From: Tubiluchus corallicola
Lineage: Eukaryota; Animalia; Priapulida
Direction of reading: 5' to 3'
Assembly: GCA_030141605.1 (NCBI GenBank)
Contig: JAQGDQ010000551.1
Span: forward strand, 80,654 to 144,653
Length of the DNA stretch: 64,000 nucleotides
The translations under genes and the position numbers were made by a program. How positions within the stretch are numbered: position 1 is the stretch's first letter; each line of letters starts with the position of its first letter. Shown here piece by piece: positions 28,101 to 43,713 of the stretch. The notes below the pieces were generated by a model. It was given only the letters and a program-made list of their open reading frames with translations. It made no database searches and was not told the origin of the DNA.

Positions 28101-28905
28101 TATGCGCCCATTACATCTACTAGATTCGACAGAATTCTAAACAGAAATCATCATCTTGAGCCAAATACGCCTTCAGACTTTGCGCAAACAAACTTCTAAA
28201 ATAAATCTGTCCGTAAGACAATTTAGCACCACAAACAAAAGCTCTAGACATTGCTGTGCTAGTGGCTTGTCAGCTGTCAGCACCACTTTCGACACAATAT
28301 AAATGTCCCCTGATTCATTATTGTTGAACCTCGCAGTCAAGGCGTGTATCGCACCGACGTCCTTGATATTAGTAATTTATGAGGAGGGGGCATTAACCTA
28401 CATCTGAATTACCCTATGTGTAATCACTTTGTGACTTTTTTTAGAAAATGTAATCTAGCCGGTTTTCTAAATTAAAAAAAAACATCTTTTTTCTGTATGC
28501 GACAAAAATCTTCCAAGTAATGTTGCAGTTTTTATTTTTTATTTTTAAATCAAGATGTGTAGATTTGCATGAATCTTTGCTCTGTAAAAACGTGCAACCA
28601 AAGTATCTACAAGAAAATGCCACAGTTTTACTGAGCAGGATTAAACTGTTGACAAAAGTAAATTATGAAAACTAATTTGGGTTTCTGGCATTTGTTTGTA
28701 TTGGAATCGTATCAGGGATTTTCCACACCGGACGAGCTGTGATAATGATGCACAAATAGTTGAAGAACGAGTTTTTATGTTGCCATAATCAATGTTGTGC
28801 AAACTCATTTTATAGCAATGGCAAGGTTAAAATTAAGTACAGATAAAAAGCTGTCCAAAATAGTGTGAAACTGCGCAAGAAATTAGTTGAAAGAAGTTTT
28901 GAGTT

Positions 28906-29929
<1,024 letters not shown>

Positions 29930-30561
29930 TTCCCCGTATTGCATTTAAGAATTATAGAAACTACTTATTAGAGAAAAACGAATTTCCCTGCGCGGGAAAC
30001 CAGTTCTTATAACAATCATGTGATGGCTTCGTCACACACCAGTCATTAGTCACTAGGCGTGAGGTTCAAAATACTTGGAAGAGTTTTCATTACATCCGGT
30101 GCATTTGTCGTTAAGTGAGTACCTAGTTCTTGGAACCTATCACGTTTCCTTGTGAAATTTTAAAGCAATTACATCCAGCTGATATGATCAGTTACAGAAG
30201 ACCTTTTACTTATTATTATGGCGCGTCTGTTTCCACGATTTACAGGCCCTCGAGGGCGACCTGTCCGTATTTGGTCAGCTTCCTACCTGCCCTTTTCGAC
30301 ACATTGAAATTAACCATTTTTGACAAACCAACACGATTGTTTCTGGCTCGTTCTGACCAGCTGGTTTGTGGCTCAGTGACCTCACTGTCAGTAAAGACTA
30401 GCACAGTTGAGGGCCCTTCTTTAAGATCTTTATTACCTTTCAATTACTTGATAAACGAATCATCGGTGGCCCCTCTCCATTACCAAAACTTCTTGTCTTT
30501 TCCTTAGTCCTATTAATTTCCTATATTTTATGGTTAATTTAAACGTGGCTTCTTTTTCCAG

Positions 30562-30668
30562 ATGCAACTGATTGTGATTATGAAACCAGCAGTGATATGA
30601 TGCTGAGGTTCTTCAACAATCGATTGATAGAGAATGTGGACTTAGAAGAATGTACCAGAGCTTGCAGT
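30562..30668 (+). CDS. PAN-ZP exon 5: N-half of PAN domain 5
   Basis: ttccAG/GTAAGT, phase 1-0; DCDYETSSDMMLRFFNNRLIENVDLEECTRACS (not in the ORF track). Confidence 0.88.
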
Positions 30669-31229
30669 GTAAGTACGAAATCAACCTAACATTTTGTCCT
30701 GAACAAGCAGAATTTTTGACAAAAACATTTGTGGCTCTAATTCAAAAGTATTTAGTTAGTAATTACTAAAAATGCACTTGAATAGTGCCAGGCACTTTAT
30801 TAAATTCACGCCCCCAATAACTGGAGTAAAATAAGTGCCCAAGTAAAAATACACAAAACTTTATAGTTTTAAAAAGTACTTGAAAAGGACCATTTTTGAT
30901 TCATAATTTTCATGGTTCCATGTCTCATGCAGTTGGAATGTATGGCCTCCAATCAATAATAATGGTATTTTAATATACCTCTATGTAAATAAAACATACA
31001 CTGTGTTCGTTTCTTCTCCTCTTTTCCTTCTTCCTATCCCTAATCTTACTATTTTTTCCATTCCATCATTTCTTCTGACCCTAACCATTCTTTCATTCAC
31101 TCATTTGTGCCACCTTAACAAGCCAAGCTTTCAAGGTGTCATACAGCAACTCTTTTATTTGGTTAATTTGACTTCATCAACGTTTTTTACCTACACTGTT
31201 TCTTTTGGTTTCAATAATATTGCATGTTG

Positions 31230-31375
31230 ATTGACTGACTGACTGACTGACTGACTGACTGACTGACTGCTGACTGACTGACTGACTGACTGACTGACTG
31301 ACTGACTGACTGACTGACTGACTGACTGACTGACTGACTGACTGACTGACTGACTGACTGACTGATTGACTGATT
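31230..31375. repeat. (CTGA)n microsatellite
   Basis: Visible. Confidence 0.96.
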
Positions 31376-31695
31376 GATAAAAATGAAGCGAAAAAGAATT
31401 TATAATCAGAAGAAAACTTCAAATTATAAAGGTAACAAAGTTTATTGATGCTAGGTGAATAAAGACTTGCATTTATAATGATCATTGTTTCATCGTGGTG
31501 CATTCAGAAACGGCTTTTAACGCCATGGCAATTTTGAAATTTAGTCTTTTAGTTAAAAATTAATTCGCTACAGTGACAAGCAATATTAACATTCCGTCTG
31601 CTTGCATTTAGCACTTATCTTTGTAAAACTGACTAAACTGCAGATAGAATCATCTCAGCGAGACTGCGGATTTTTTATTTTTTGTTTTTTAAAAG

Positions 31696-31852
31696 GTTGA
31701 ACAAGATTTTCTCTGCCGTTCTTACGAGTACATGCCAACTACAAGGGCATGTTTCCTGAGCTCTGACACAAGGATATCACAAAAGGGTTACTTTGGACCA
31801 ACTCAAGGGGTCGACTACTATGAACGGACAATTTGCAGAAAGACGGCTGGAG
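31696..31852 (+). CDS. PAN-ZP exon 6: C-half of PAN domain 5 (short form)
   Basis: Phase 0 acceptor; VEQDFLCRSYEYMPTTRACFLSSDTR..VDYYERTIC; phase-1 donor G|GTAAAA fits the next exon. Confidence 0.85.
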
Positions 31853-33057
31853 GTAAAAATCAAATTTTAACTAAACAACATTTAATCATGAATACTAAAA
31901 GTGTAAAAACAGTCGAAACTTCACAAAAATCTGGATTAGTTGCAGTCGAAAAGTTGAAAAAACGTCGAAAAACAAAAAAGCGAAGGTTTCAAGTAAGACC
32001 TAAATCAAAAGGGAAGGCGTCGCCAGGTAACCAGCAAACGTCGTCAACTCTTTTGCCATCAACTTTCCCAAACATGGTTGCCCCAACTGTCGGAAGTCCC
32101 TCAACGAGCAAAGTTCAAACGTCTTCGACTCTTACAAGATCATCAAACCGTGTTACTGTCCACACTAAATATGCGAAAGCATTTACGTTACCAAATTCAA
32201 GAGCCATCCCGAAGATAACGTCTTCTGATGCTTTCAATGCAGAAGTCCCTATTGACGCCCAGACATTGACAACACCAACTCCTGTTTTAGACATCTTTAT
32301 CAGATCTTTGTCTAAGAATACTGGGCCGCCTACTCCGGGCACACCATTAAAATTTATTACTGAGAAACTGTCATTACCAAAAACGTCCACAGTATCTCCA
32401 ACTATTACGGTCAGCAATGGAAGCAGTCACCCATCTAAACTGAGAAAGACAACAGCAGGTTTGGCAAAACGTTGGCACAGACGTCTCACGAAGAGTAGAT
32501 CTACTACAAAATCTGCCACAAAAGCGAGTTTTACTTATCAAAATTCTACAACTCCTGTCAGTTTAGATGACTATGCTATTCCCAAATCCTTCCCAGGGGA
32601 TACCATGGCGACATTGAATAGAAAGCGAAATTATGGCAGCCACAATGTTCCCAAGGAAGTAAGAACCACAGAAGAGATTGGATCTGGAAGAACGAATCAA
32701 CCGGGCGGGGCAGGTACCATACCCATCTCTGCAACTTCTTCTAGAGAATCCATGAGAAGGGTGCCAATTTCCAGACATTCAGCTAGCAACCAGCACGATG
32801 GGAAAAATCCTGGTGGTAAGATCACGACTCATCCTGTTCTAGCGAAACCTACACCTGCTGTTGACAAGTCGGAACATGCTCTTGCGTCAAGTGCCTCAAC
32901 CGCACAAACACTACCCCCTAATTCCCCAAAAGCAGGCGTTGGAAACGCCTCTAGATCATCAGCAGGCCCAGAAAGAGGAACTTCGAAACAACATATTACA
33001 CGGTCGCGCCATCGTGATGGTTTGGCATCATTTATGCAGCGATATAACAATGGCTGA
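31853..33057 (+). CDS. In-frame extension of exon 6: ~400-aa basic, Ser/Thr/Pro-rich mucin-like region (alternative terminal exon or alternative-donor linker)
   Basis: 1.2 kb of non-repetitive open frame continuous with PAN5, more GC-rich than the introns; TGA at 33055; AATAAA at 33246. Confidence 0.7.
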
Positions 33058-33063
33058 ACTATT

Positions 33064-33215
33064 GATTGTGACTCTCTTAAGGCTGCAATCGCCGGCCTAG
33101 TATCTAATAACAATGATTGTGACTCTCTTAAGGTTGCAATCGCCGGCCTAGTATCTAATAACAATGATTGTGACTCTCTTAAGGTTGCAATCGCCGGCCT
33201 AGTATCTAATAACAG
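33064..33215. repeat. 51-bp tandem repeat x3 immediately after the extension stop codon
   Basis: GATTGTGACTCTCTTAAGGYTGCAATCGCCGGCCTAGTATCTAATAACAAT repeated. Confidence 0.92.
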
Positions 33216-35265
33216 TTAAATAGTATAATATAAAAAGTAATACCCAATAAATTCATCTCGTTAATAGACTAAAATTCAGTTTTAATTAATAACTGCATAT
33301 ATTTCGACTTTTATTTCAAGTCATCATCAAACAAAGCATGAGAAACTTTATTTTTGTCATTGTTGGCTTATTGATTGCAGCCATGGTCTTTCAAATTTTT
33401 AATCCATCACAGATGAATTCCTGTTTATTGATGAAATAGATTTTTTCGGAGTTACTTTTATATTTCATTTAAAATTTTCAAACGTAGTGGAGTTTTTTTA
33501 TTAGCAGGTACATATATATTGTTTGCGGTATTTGAATGGTTTATTTACTACTCTTCAGCTGCTAATATATAAGTGTTGATAAAGTTCGTTGTTTTGTAAT
33601 TGTCTAGCCACTATTATTATAATATTTGCAAGATCACAATGTGTATCGTAATGCACTGGTGGGTTTTTGTGTTTAACACATTAATAATTAACTATAATAT
33701 TGATTCGTATATATTAGTATTCTTTGTTTTGCCTGATTGAAATGTTGTGGTAACTTAATTCACGTTTCTGACGTGAATTTCTCATTAACAATTAATGTGT
33801 TGAAGCTTGAAGGTATTGTACAGTGAATGTCATGATGTAATAAGGAGGTGGCTACACCAACGAGTTGAAAGTGATCTGCCACCTCTAACGTAATATATAA
33901 TAACGTAACGTATGAATTAAAGAATTGTAATCTTCCCTTCTCTCGTTAATATTAGTGGCTTTAAAATCTTCAGTACCACCACTATTCTTTTTACTGAATA
34001 GTCGTCGTCATCGTCATCGTCGTCGTCATCATTATTATCATCATCATCACTACCACAACTACCACCACCATCACCACCACCGCCATCACCACCACTGCCA
34101 CCACGACCAGCACCACCACCACCATCATCACCATCATCATCGTCATCATTGTTACCGTTGTTATGACTGTCATTCTCATCGTCATTGTCGCTAACACTAT
34201 GGTCATCATCGTCGAAATCTTCATCATATTCTTCTTCTTAAACGTGCTCATCTTTCCCAGCTTGTTTTCAAAATCATTTGTTACGTTATAACACTGTAAC
34301 AGCGTTTGTTTTTTATAGGAATCCGTAATTTATTGTAATCATGAATTTGTCACGGAAAGTTTTACATTTTGGTTCATTTAATGTCTCGTGAGATGAGAAA
34401 ATTACAAGTTATGCATATATTTCACAAAGAGTAGATGTCTTACTACTTACTGAAAAAACTAGTTATTTTGAACAGATGTTTGGCGATTGGTCAATTAATT
34501 TTTCTAAATTGATTTTGCTAAATAATACTTGAATGTTGAATCTCCGCCATCTGCCACTCGTGGTCCCAGAAAAGTCACTTTCAATTCAAGCCGTGTTTAT
34601 TTTTTAAAAAGTCGGGTTTATCTGTTTTTCACAATACCCTTTCTTCTACGGGGAAGCCTACTTAGTCATGTTATGTGATTAATTGTAAAAACAACATTAT
34701 TAAACACGTAGCGAACGTGGCGGACTCTGGCGTTCATAACTGAATTACCGCTTTCCTAATGAGCGTCTTTAAATAATCTGTTGTGTGTTGAACCCTGGAA
34801 CAGGATTCAGCCCTGAACTGTAAATTATGTTGTTTTCCCGGTAGCTGGGAACAAAGTTTACATAATCAGTTCTTTAGTTTCTCATAAGGATCTGCCCTAA
34901 CCGACCATTGCTTAGTTAAACAGAGCAGTTTTGTTGAACCCGGATTATTGAGACGATAACCTGCCGGTATCTGTCTTATCTAAGCTGTAATGTAAGCCTA
35001 TTATTTTCCTCAAGAATACAATATTTGCAAAGACAGTCGATTCATCTTACATGAATTTTTGTGTTATGTAATTGTGTTTTTCATTGTAGGTCTTTTCCCA
35101 CCACCCGGTGTGACATTTAATTCAAGAAATTGTTAAATGAAAAACTTAAAACTCTTCAGAATATATTTAATTCTGAACAGCGTTTGTAATATTCTAAAAA
35201 GATCTTGTTATGAAATACCTTTGCGGTCCTTGGCGTGTTTGTTATGGCTGGAGGATGTCCATAAC

Positions 35266-35838
<573 letters not shown>

Positions 35839-36389
35839 TCCATAACTCCGTAGTAATTTTGTTTTTAGATATGATTAATTTATACCCATTTAAATACCTT
35901 CGCACTCACCTGTATTTAGTGCAGCATATATAAATTTTCCATGATTATTTTGACATATTTAAAATAAATAGAAAAACGAAAGCTCCAGGAAAATTAATTT
36001 TATTTTGGGTGTGCTTGCAGACCGTAATGTCTATGTTCGCAATACCTACATTAAATGAAATAATTGAAACCAAACTTAAATGAAAGGCTGAGAACTGATT
36101 TTGTAAGGCAACATCAACAAAAATTTAAGATATTCAAACTTTAGGCCCTTAAAGTGACACTGGTTGTATGCCAAAAGAGGTACTGCACAATGAGAAAAAA
36201 GGAACGCCAATGCAGCTCATGCAAATGGTAACAAATTGGAAAGTCTGAAACCTACTGCAACTCTAATCTCGGTCTTCGACATTTCTTGTATGTGAGCTAA
36301 CCACTACACCCTTTTTTAGCAATCAAAAAAATTGATGAAAATATTCATTCACTAGGGATTTGAACCATGGTCTTCTTGATGTTTTCTAG

Positions 36390-36565
36390 TTTCCATGGAA
36401 TGCCTGGACGGTTCGATAAAATTCATGCAAGTGGCTGCTCAACCGTTTACCGGAAAAGTCTACGCCAAAGGAAGTCCAAAAACCTGTTTTCTGGACATTG
36501 ATAATGAGGTGGAGTTTTCCCTGGAGCTTCCACTCACTGACCCCGAGTGCAACACTGTACAGCAG
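36390..36565 (+). CDS. PAN-ZP exon 7: start of ZP-N
   Basis: Phase 1-0; VSMECLDG..PFTGKVYAKGSPKTC..PECNT, matching the cuticlin/NompA F-x-G-x-V-Y-x-K-G motif. Confidence 0.93.
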
Positions 36566-36799
36566 GTAGGTTGCGCTGGCTTCTTTTAATTAACCAGGTT
36601 TCAAGAGATAAAGATGAAGGTGTTGTTAGCAAGAACCCGTTATAAGCGGCTTTGCTGTTAACATTGTTACCGTTGTGCAATTCTAGATGGCGCTTTGCTT
36701 GATAATGAAACAATGGGTACACGAAAAGACAATGCAGGACAATGCAACGCTGGGCAGCAGAGTCAAAACAACGTTAAATGACGCTATATTACAGAATTG

Positions 36800-37450
36800 T
36801 TTTTAGTTTATTACTATCACATTCAGTACAATATAATGACATTAAGCACACAGTGACATCAAAATTATTACGTCATACTGTATTAAATTATTATGTTTCA
36901 TACACTATCGTTATCATAAAAGAATAATTGTATTGCAGTGGGGCTGGAGAAGCAATGGCTTGTATAAGCCCACTGTCATGTGAACCCGATAAAAAAAGAA
37001 TGGATGAGTGAACAAAAAAAGAACTGGGAGAAAGGTTAGATCACACAGGAAGGGTAGAAGGATGTGTTAGTGGAAATGGTAGGAAGAAAGATAATAGATT
37101 GCGCTATGTTGACATCAGCTCTAAAGATTTATCAATGATGCCTTGTTTTGCATAATCTGTACCAGGATTGTGGTATGACTGCTGCAGTAGGTGTGGGAAA
37201 TTAGGAAGTGTTGTACATGTTGACAATCATTGCTCTGTATTTCTTTCTAAATTTTTGAATTGGGTGAACAATTTTTAATTCATCATTTACGTCATTCCAA
37301 AGCCTTGGACCAGCATTTGCAATGAATTGCCGTGCCACGTCTGTTCTGCAGAAATTTACGACAAACTCATTTATTCTAGTTGCGTAACGCCGAGTATTTG
37401 GTTGGACTGGATTATTAAAGAATGCGGTGTTATAATTATGTACAACAGGA
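36800..37450 (-). mobile_element. CR1/L2-group LINE 3' end (ORF2 C-terminus plus 3'UTR), copy 1
   Basis: FCRTDVARQFIANAGPRLWNDVNDELK..FRKKY motif; near-identical copy at 39240..39806. Confidence 0.75.
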
Positions 37451-38526
37451 AAATACAGTGTACTGCATACAAGAACGTTTCCCATTGCTGTATATAATTG
37501 TATCTGTTTGATGGGTACTAAGAAACATTGTTTCCAGTTCAACTACAAAACATTTTCATAGTAATTCACATAATCGAAGAGTGGAAACACGTTAATGTAA
37601 TTCCACAAGACAAACATTATAACAAACGAGAGGCAAAATTTTAGAAGATGTATTTTAGGTACAACGCATCATGTAGTAATATTATAACAATGTAAATGAA
37701 TATAATTATAATATTAAAAAGCATATAGTTAAGCAATACGATGGTAGACAATACTATATTAGACACTACAATGCTGGTTATGTGAACTATATTCAACAAA
37801 CATAGTCAACTTTTTTAAAGCATGAATCGTGGAACGTGGTTTTGTTAAGAATTTGACATGTGTCAGGTGTTGGATCAATAGTTTTCCATTAAGGAGAAAT
37901 GTTTCTGGTCACAAGACGATATGCAACTAGTGGTTGATTCTAAAAAGCTGTATTGTAGAAAATCCAAAGTGCCTGTCAGTAGAGATATGCCTAATCCTCC
38001 CCTGTTAACCTGTCAGTCAATTTTGGTGGACTTTGGCGATTTAGTATATCCTAATAAAGGTAGTTACCAGGTCAAAGTGTCGGGTTTTATGTCAGGATTG
38101 TGTGCATTAGAATTACTGGGTTCAATAACTTTGCATTATGCCTTGTGGCGGATTGTGTCAGGCCAATGGTTATGGGAAAGAAGGAATGAACAGGATTGAT
38201 TTATTGAAACGATATACAATGTGTAAACATTTGTTACATTTTCAACAAAAGATTTTTTACACAGAAACAAAGTCGGTAGTCACTCTCGGTGAGGGGCAGC
38301 AGCTAGAAACTAAACGTAGGAATTACAGGTGTAGAAAACAAGAATTTTGATTGGTAATTTGCTAATTGGGATAAGTCTGCTCTTGAAGTTGGTGAAGCTG
38401 TAATTGACTGGGAAAAGAATTCCACAGATAATCTGCAGATAATTGACCAAAAAGAAAACTGGCTGTGTAAACAGGTGTCTTGCACCTCGGATTGTCTTAG
38501 CTAAAATAAACAGAAACATCAGAGAA

Positions 38527-38652
38527 ACAACAACAACAACAACAACAGCAACAACAACAACAACAATAACACCAACAACTACAGCAACAGCAGCAACAGC
38601 AACAGCAATAACGGCAACAACAGCAGCAGCAACAACAACGACGACGACGATA
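38527..38652. repeat. (CAA/CAG)n microsatellite
   Basis: Visible. Confidence 0.9.
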
Positions 38653-38896
38653 TGACCAAGAACTAGGGAACCGAACACTTTGTGCCGGGTTCAAAAATAT
38701 GTTCATAGTATGCCTGTCTTTCGTTGCGTGTTCATTTTTGCATTTTCACGGTTTGTGTTTTTTGTTCTTTTGTTCATTTCCAATGTCATTTGCAGGTTAG
38801 CGCCTAGTATAGAATAAGGTGTATGTATGATAGCTATGTTGGGCGACGGAAATGAATTCATTCAGATCACTGACTTTGAGTTAACATTTTTTTTAG

Positions 38897-39033
38897 AATG
38901 AAGGCGTTTTCGTTAACACTGTGGTGGTTCAACATCATCCCATGCTTGTCACCAAAGACGACAAAGCGTACAGACTGGCCTGTAGATATAATTTGATGGA
39001 GAAGACCATTGCCAATGGACCGGTCAACATAAG
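38897..39033 (+). CDS. PAN-ZP exon 8: ZP-N second half
   Basis: Phase 0-2; NTVVVQHHPMLVTKDDKAYRLACRY, a cuticlin-type ZP-N signature (not in the ORF track). Confidence 0.93.
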
Positions 39034-39239
39034 GTAAAGCTCATTTCAGATGACATGAAATATAATTTAAAAATGACCAATCTAACAACCAGACAATAAA
39101 CTAACAACCAGATAACAAAGAAAAACAAGTAGCAGTCACACCCACAAAATATCTCGTCCATATTTTGCAGGACCTATGAACGGTATTACTACAGAATCAT
39201 AAAATGGTTTTAGAATAAATTAGGGTAGAGCAATAAATT

Positions 39240-39806
39240 TTTTATTTTATTTTTTATTTGTTTATTTTTTTATTATTATTATCACATTCAGTACAATATA
39301 ATGACATTAAGCACACAGTGACATTAAAATTATTACATCATACTGTATTAAATTATTATGTTTCATACACTATCGTTGTCATAAAAGAATAATTGTACTG
39401 CAGTGGGCTAGAGAAGCAAAGGCTTGTATAAGCCCACTGTCATGTGAACCCGATAAAAAAAGAATGGATGAGTGAACAAAAAAAAAGAACTGGGAGAAAG
39501 GTTAGATCACGCAGGAAGGGTAGAAGGATGTGTTGTGGAAATGGTAGGAGGAATGATAATAGATTATGCTATGTTGACATCAGCTCTAAAGATTTATCAA
39601 TGATGCCTTGTTTTGTATAAGCTGTACCAGGATTGTGGTATGACTGCTACAGTAGGTGTGGGAAATTAAGAATTGTTGTACTTGTTGAGAATAAATTTTT
39701 GAATTGGCTGAACAGTTTTTAATTCATCATTTATGTCATTCCAAAGCCTTGGACCAACATTTGCAATGAATTGCCGTGCCACGTCTACAGAAATTTACGA
39801 CAAAAT
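39240..39806 (-). mobile_element. CR1/L2-group LINE 3' end, copy 2 (more 5'-truncated, A-rich tail)
   Basis: Same-orientation match to 36810..37365. Confidence 0.75.
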
Positions 39807-40547
39807 TTATCATTGTTTATGGTTATTTAAGCCCATTATTTTCAGCCTCAAATTAGTCTCAATTTTTGCTACTTCTGATTTAGTTTCTGATACCAATAGC
39901 TAATTTAGGTCATTTGTGGGTGTTTATTAATTGCTAATTTCTTATCACAGACAGTAGCTATATCATATGTGCATAACATAACGTTAGTTCTGAATTGCTA
40001 TAGAATCGTGAGAGCTTTTTTTGTCAGAAATCTTCAAACTATTTGCCAAAAGTTTTGATCATCTGTAGTCACTCTGTATGTGTTGAGATATGAGATGATT
40101 TGCTGAGATGTTCCCCGGCCGTACGCCCGTCAGTCATGCCAACATCTTGACAAGAAAAAAATGCTTGAAATTACCAAGCCTTCGTGTCACGAAACATTGC
40201 TAACATCAGTTGATTACTTGTTCCGAAATAAACAGCTTCGGGCACATGGCTACTTCAGACTTTAACCCGTTTAGGGTCGGTAAAATTGTAAATTATACAA
40301 TGTTGGTACAAGATTCCTACAAAAATAGTCGATCGTGAAAAATGAACGGATTTTTTTAAAGAAGATGAACAACTAATTTAGTTTAATGGCGTAAACCATT
40401 CTTGACGTTGCAATGCTACGTTTCACTTTTTTATTTTGATACTCACTACACTTAACGAGCTATTTGTGCAGAAACTGTTGCTGTGCTACTAAAAATTGCA
40501 GTAACTTTTAGGTTATAAGCGAACTAAAAATAAAGACAATAAAATAA

Positions 40548-41020
<473 letters not shown>

Positions 41021-41667
41021 TATCTTAATTTTAGTTATCGATATGTGCATTTCAATACTTTGATAGAATTATTTTAAACCCTAAAAAGGTTTTACATAAG
41101 TCTCAATCGACTGCACCATTCGATGTGGGTTAAACGTCGCGCAAGCAGGATCTTACCTAAGTGATGTTTTACAATGAGATGTCTGAAGATGAGTACTTTA
41201 GATTAATCTTTTTTTCATTAGCGATCCAGGGGCAGATCAGCATTTTTTCCTGTATCGCCCGTTTTACCTTTCTATTGTTTGTGTGCCTGTAGCCTTCAAA
41301 CAGACAGTAATTAATGATAGGAAGGAATTCTGTTTTACACTTAATGTGCCTGTGCCTTACTGGTTTTCTGGTAAAGCGTGTGTCTGTGCCTTACTGGTTT
41401 TCTGGTAAAGCGTGTGCCCTTGTCCATTGCTGTGAGGTCAGTTAGGGGTCAAGATCAGGGAACATGCTTCAGATGCCGTCTGATTTTTGTCATTTTATGC
41501 AAACCAAGCATAACGACGTGGAAATAAGAGACTGATAATTAAAGAAGAGAGCGTGCTCACTTCTACGTTCTGAATGTGAACGGTCTTGAGATTGTCAGGG
41601 CCTATTTCAGCCTAAGCTATAGTCTTATTTTTACTGAGTATTCTAACCCAGTTTGCTTCTATTTCAG

Positions 41668-41813
41668 TATGATTCAGTCAGTTGGTGATATTGCTGCCAG
41701 TCACACACCAGCTCCAGTGGAAATGGTTATTCTAGATGCAATAACTGGAGGAAGGATGACTGTGGCTAAGATTGGAGACGACTCGAGGATGGAGATCAAC
41801 TTCTTTGACAACA
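41668..41813 (+). CDS. PAN-ZP exon 9: linker/IHP and start of ZP-C
   Basis: Phase 2-1; SHTPAPVEMVILD..VAKIGDDSRMEINF. Confidence 0.88.
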
Positions 41814-42734
41814 GTACGTGCACTTACGTGTCCAAGTCACTGTTTAATGAATGTCAAATTTGAGTTACTTGTGTGTGTGTACAGCTTATCGTGAGGCCTA
41901 GCTTGAGGTGTGACCGGTGTTCGGACCGTACAGGGCAGCCAACTGTAATTTTGGTCATATACCTGCTGGCATATTAGCATGTATTCTCTTCTTTGAATAA
42001 TCAATATGTAATTGAAAGTTTTCACATATAATGATGTTAATGAAATGTTACAATACAGGCCTATATATGTTTATGCGGTATGGAACAGTTCTGTGTTATT
42101 GTCTTTTTATTGTTCGTTAACGCTAACGTATATTTTTATATTAATTCTTTATTTGTCATTAAAATGGTTCACTCATTACAATAAAATTGAGTAAGCCTCA
42201 GCATAATGTTAAAATAACAACACTGTTCAAGACAAATGCGTCCAGTGCTTACTAAAAAAACCAAAGTGCAAAACTAAGGCCTAATTATATACATTAAATG
42301 AACTTATTTACAAACACCATATTAAAGTATTTTTACAAAACAATATTACAAAAGTACATTAAATTTTACATGACATATTTTACACTATATATACATTTGA
42401 CATGACACAATTAACACAAACGTGCTTTACATTACATAAATTTCACTCATTACATTTACACTATTTATACATTTCACATTACAAAACTAACATAACACAT
42501 AGATTCTTTCCTCCTTGTAAAATAAAACAGGGTGAATTTTTCATATACTACGGTAAAAAGTATATATTTCAACACCTACAGTAAAGCCAAATGTTTCTGA
42601 TTAGTAAATAATGTAGATGTTCCACACTGGGCGCCCTAACACCTCACTACGGTACTGTACCTTGTGCCTTGGTGGTGCAATCAGTGGCAAAAACACTTGT
42701 AACTCTTATTTGAAGCTTTTTTTCCGTTTCACAG

Positions 42735-42828
42735 GTGACATCTACGACATCTTCACTTTCTCCTGCAGAGCAAATAATGGCGGGACAGGCATGATGTTTA
42801 TGCAAGTTGAACTTATTGATGAAGATGG
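42735..42828 (+). CDS. PAN-ZP exon 10: ZP-C
   Basis: Phase 1-2; YDIFTFSCRANNG..VELIDEDG. Confidence 0.9.
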
Positions 42829-42869
42829 GTAAGAACCATAGTCTTTCTCTTCTTATTAGTCGTTGCTTT

Positions 42870-42917
42870 CTTTCTCTCTCTCTCTCTCTCTCTCTCTCCC
42901 TCTCTCTCTCTTCTTCC

Positions 42918-42948
<31 letters not shown>

Positions 42949-42958
42949 TCTCTCTGTT

Positions 42959-43005
<47 letters not shown>

Positions 43006-43043
43006 CTCCCTCTTTTTCTCTCTTTCCCCCTCTCTCTCTCTCT

Positions 43044-43110
<67 letters not shown>

Positions 43111-43220
43111 CCTCTCTCTCTCGCTCACTCTTTTTTTTCTCTCTCACTCTCTTCCTCTCTCTCTCTCTTTCTCTCTTTCTCTCTCCTTCTCTCTCTCTCT
43201 CTCTTTCTCTCTTTCTCTCT

Positions 43221-43262
<42 letters not shown>

Positions 43263-43273
43263 TTCTCTCTCCT

Positions 43274-43308
<35 letters not shown>

Positions 43309-43483
43309 TCTTCTTCTTCTTCCTTCTTCTCTTCTTCTTCTTCTTCTTCTTCTCTCTTCTTCTTTCTCTCTTCTTCCTTCTTCTCTCTTCTCTCTCTCTT
43401 CTCTCCTTCTTCTTCTCTCTCTCTCTCTCTCTTCTTCTTCTTCTTCTTCTTCTCTCTTCTTCTTCTCTCTTCTCTCTCTCTCT
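42870..43483. repeat. (CT)n/(CTT)n compound microsatellite
   Basis: Visible. Confidence 0.96.
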
Positions 43484-43568
43484 TTATGCGCCTGAAACTT
43501 TCTCAAATTTTTAGCAATATGTGCTGGCAAATATTTGTTCTTATTTTGATGTTTTGTTTTTGTTTCAG

Positions 43569-43713
43569 CTGTCCGACGGATCCCAGCGTGTTCTCAGGAT
43601 TTAGAAAGGAGGGAAAGTCGCTTGTCTCAGACTTTAAAATGTTTAAATTTCCCACAAATACTGTTATATTTTTCAACTGTCAAGTGCGGTACTGCTTCAG
43701 GGAGTGTGAACCA
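43569..43713 (+). CDS. PAN-ZP exon 11: ZP-C
   Basis: Phase 2-0; GCPTDPSVF..FKMFKFP..IFFNCQVRYCFRECEP ZP signature. Confidence 0.94.

Noticed and set aside
35090-35136. Possible micro-exon GLFPPPG before ZP-N
   Set aside because: Acceptor is plausible but the donor is weak (GTGTGA) and the frame soon stops; not needed for phase continuity
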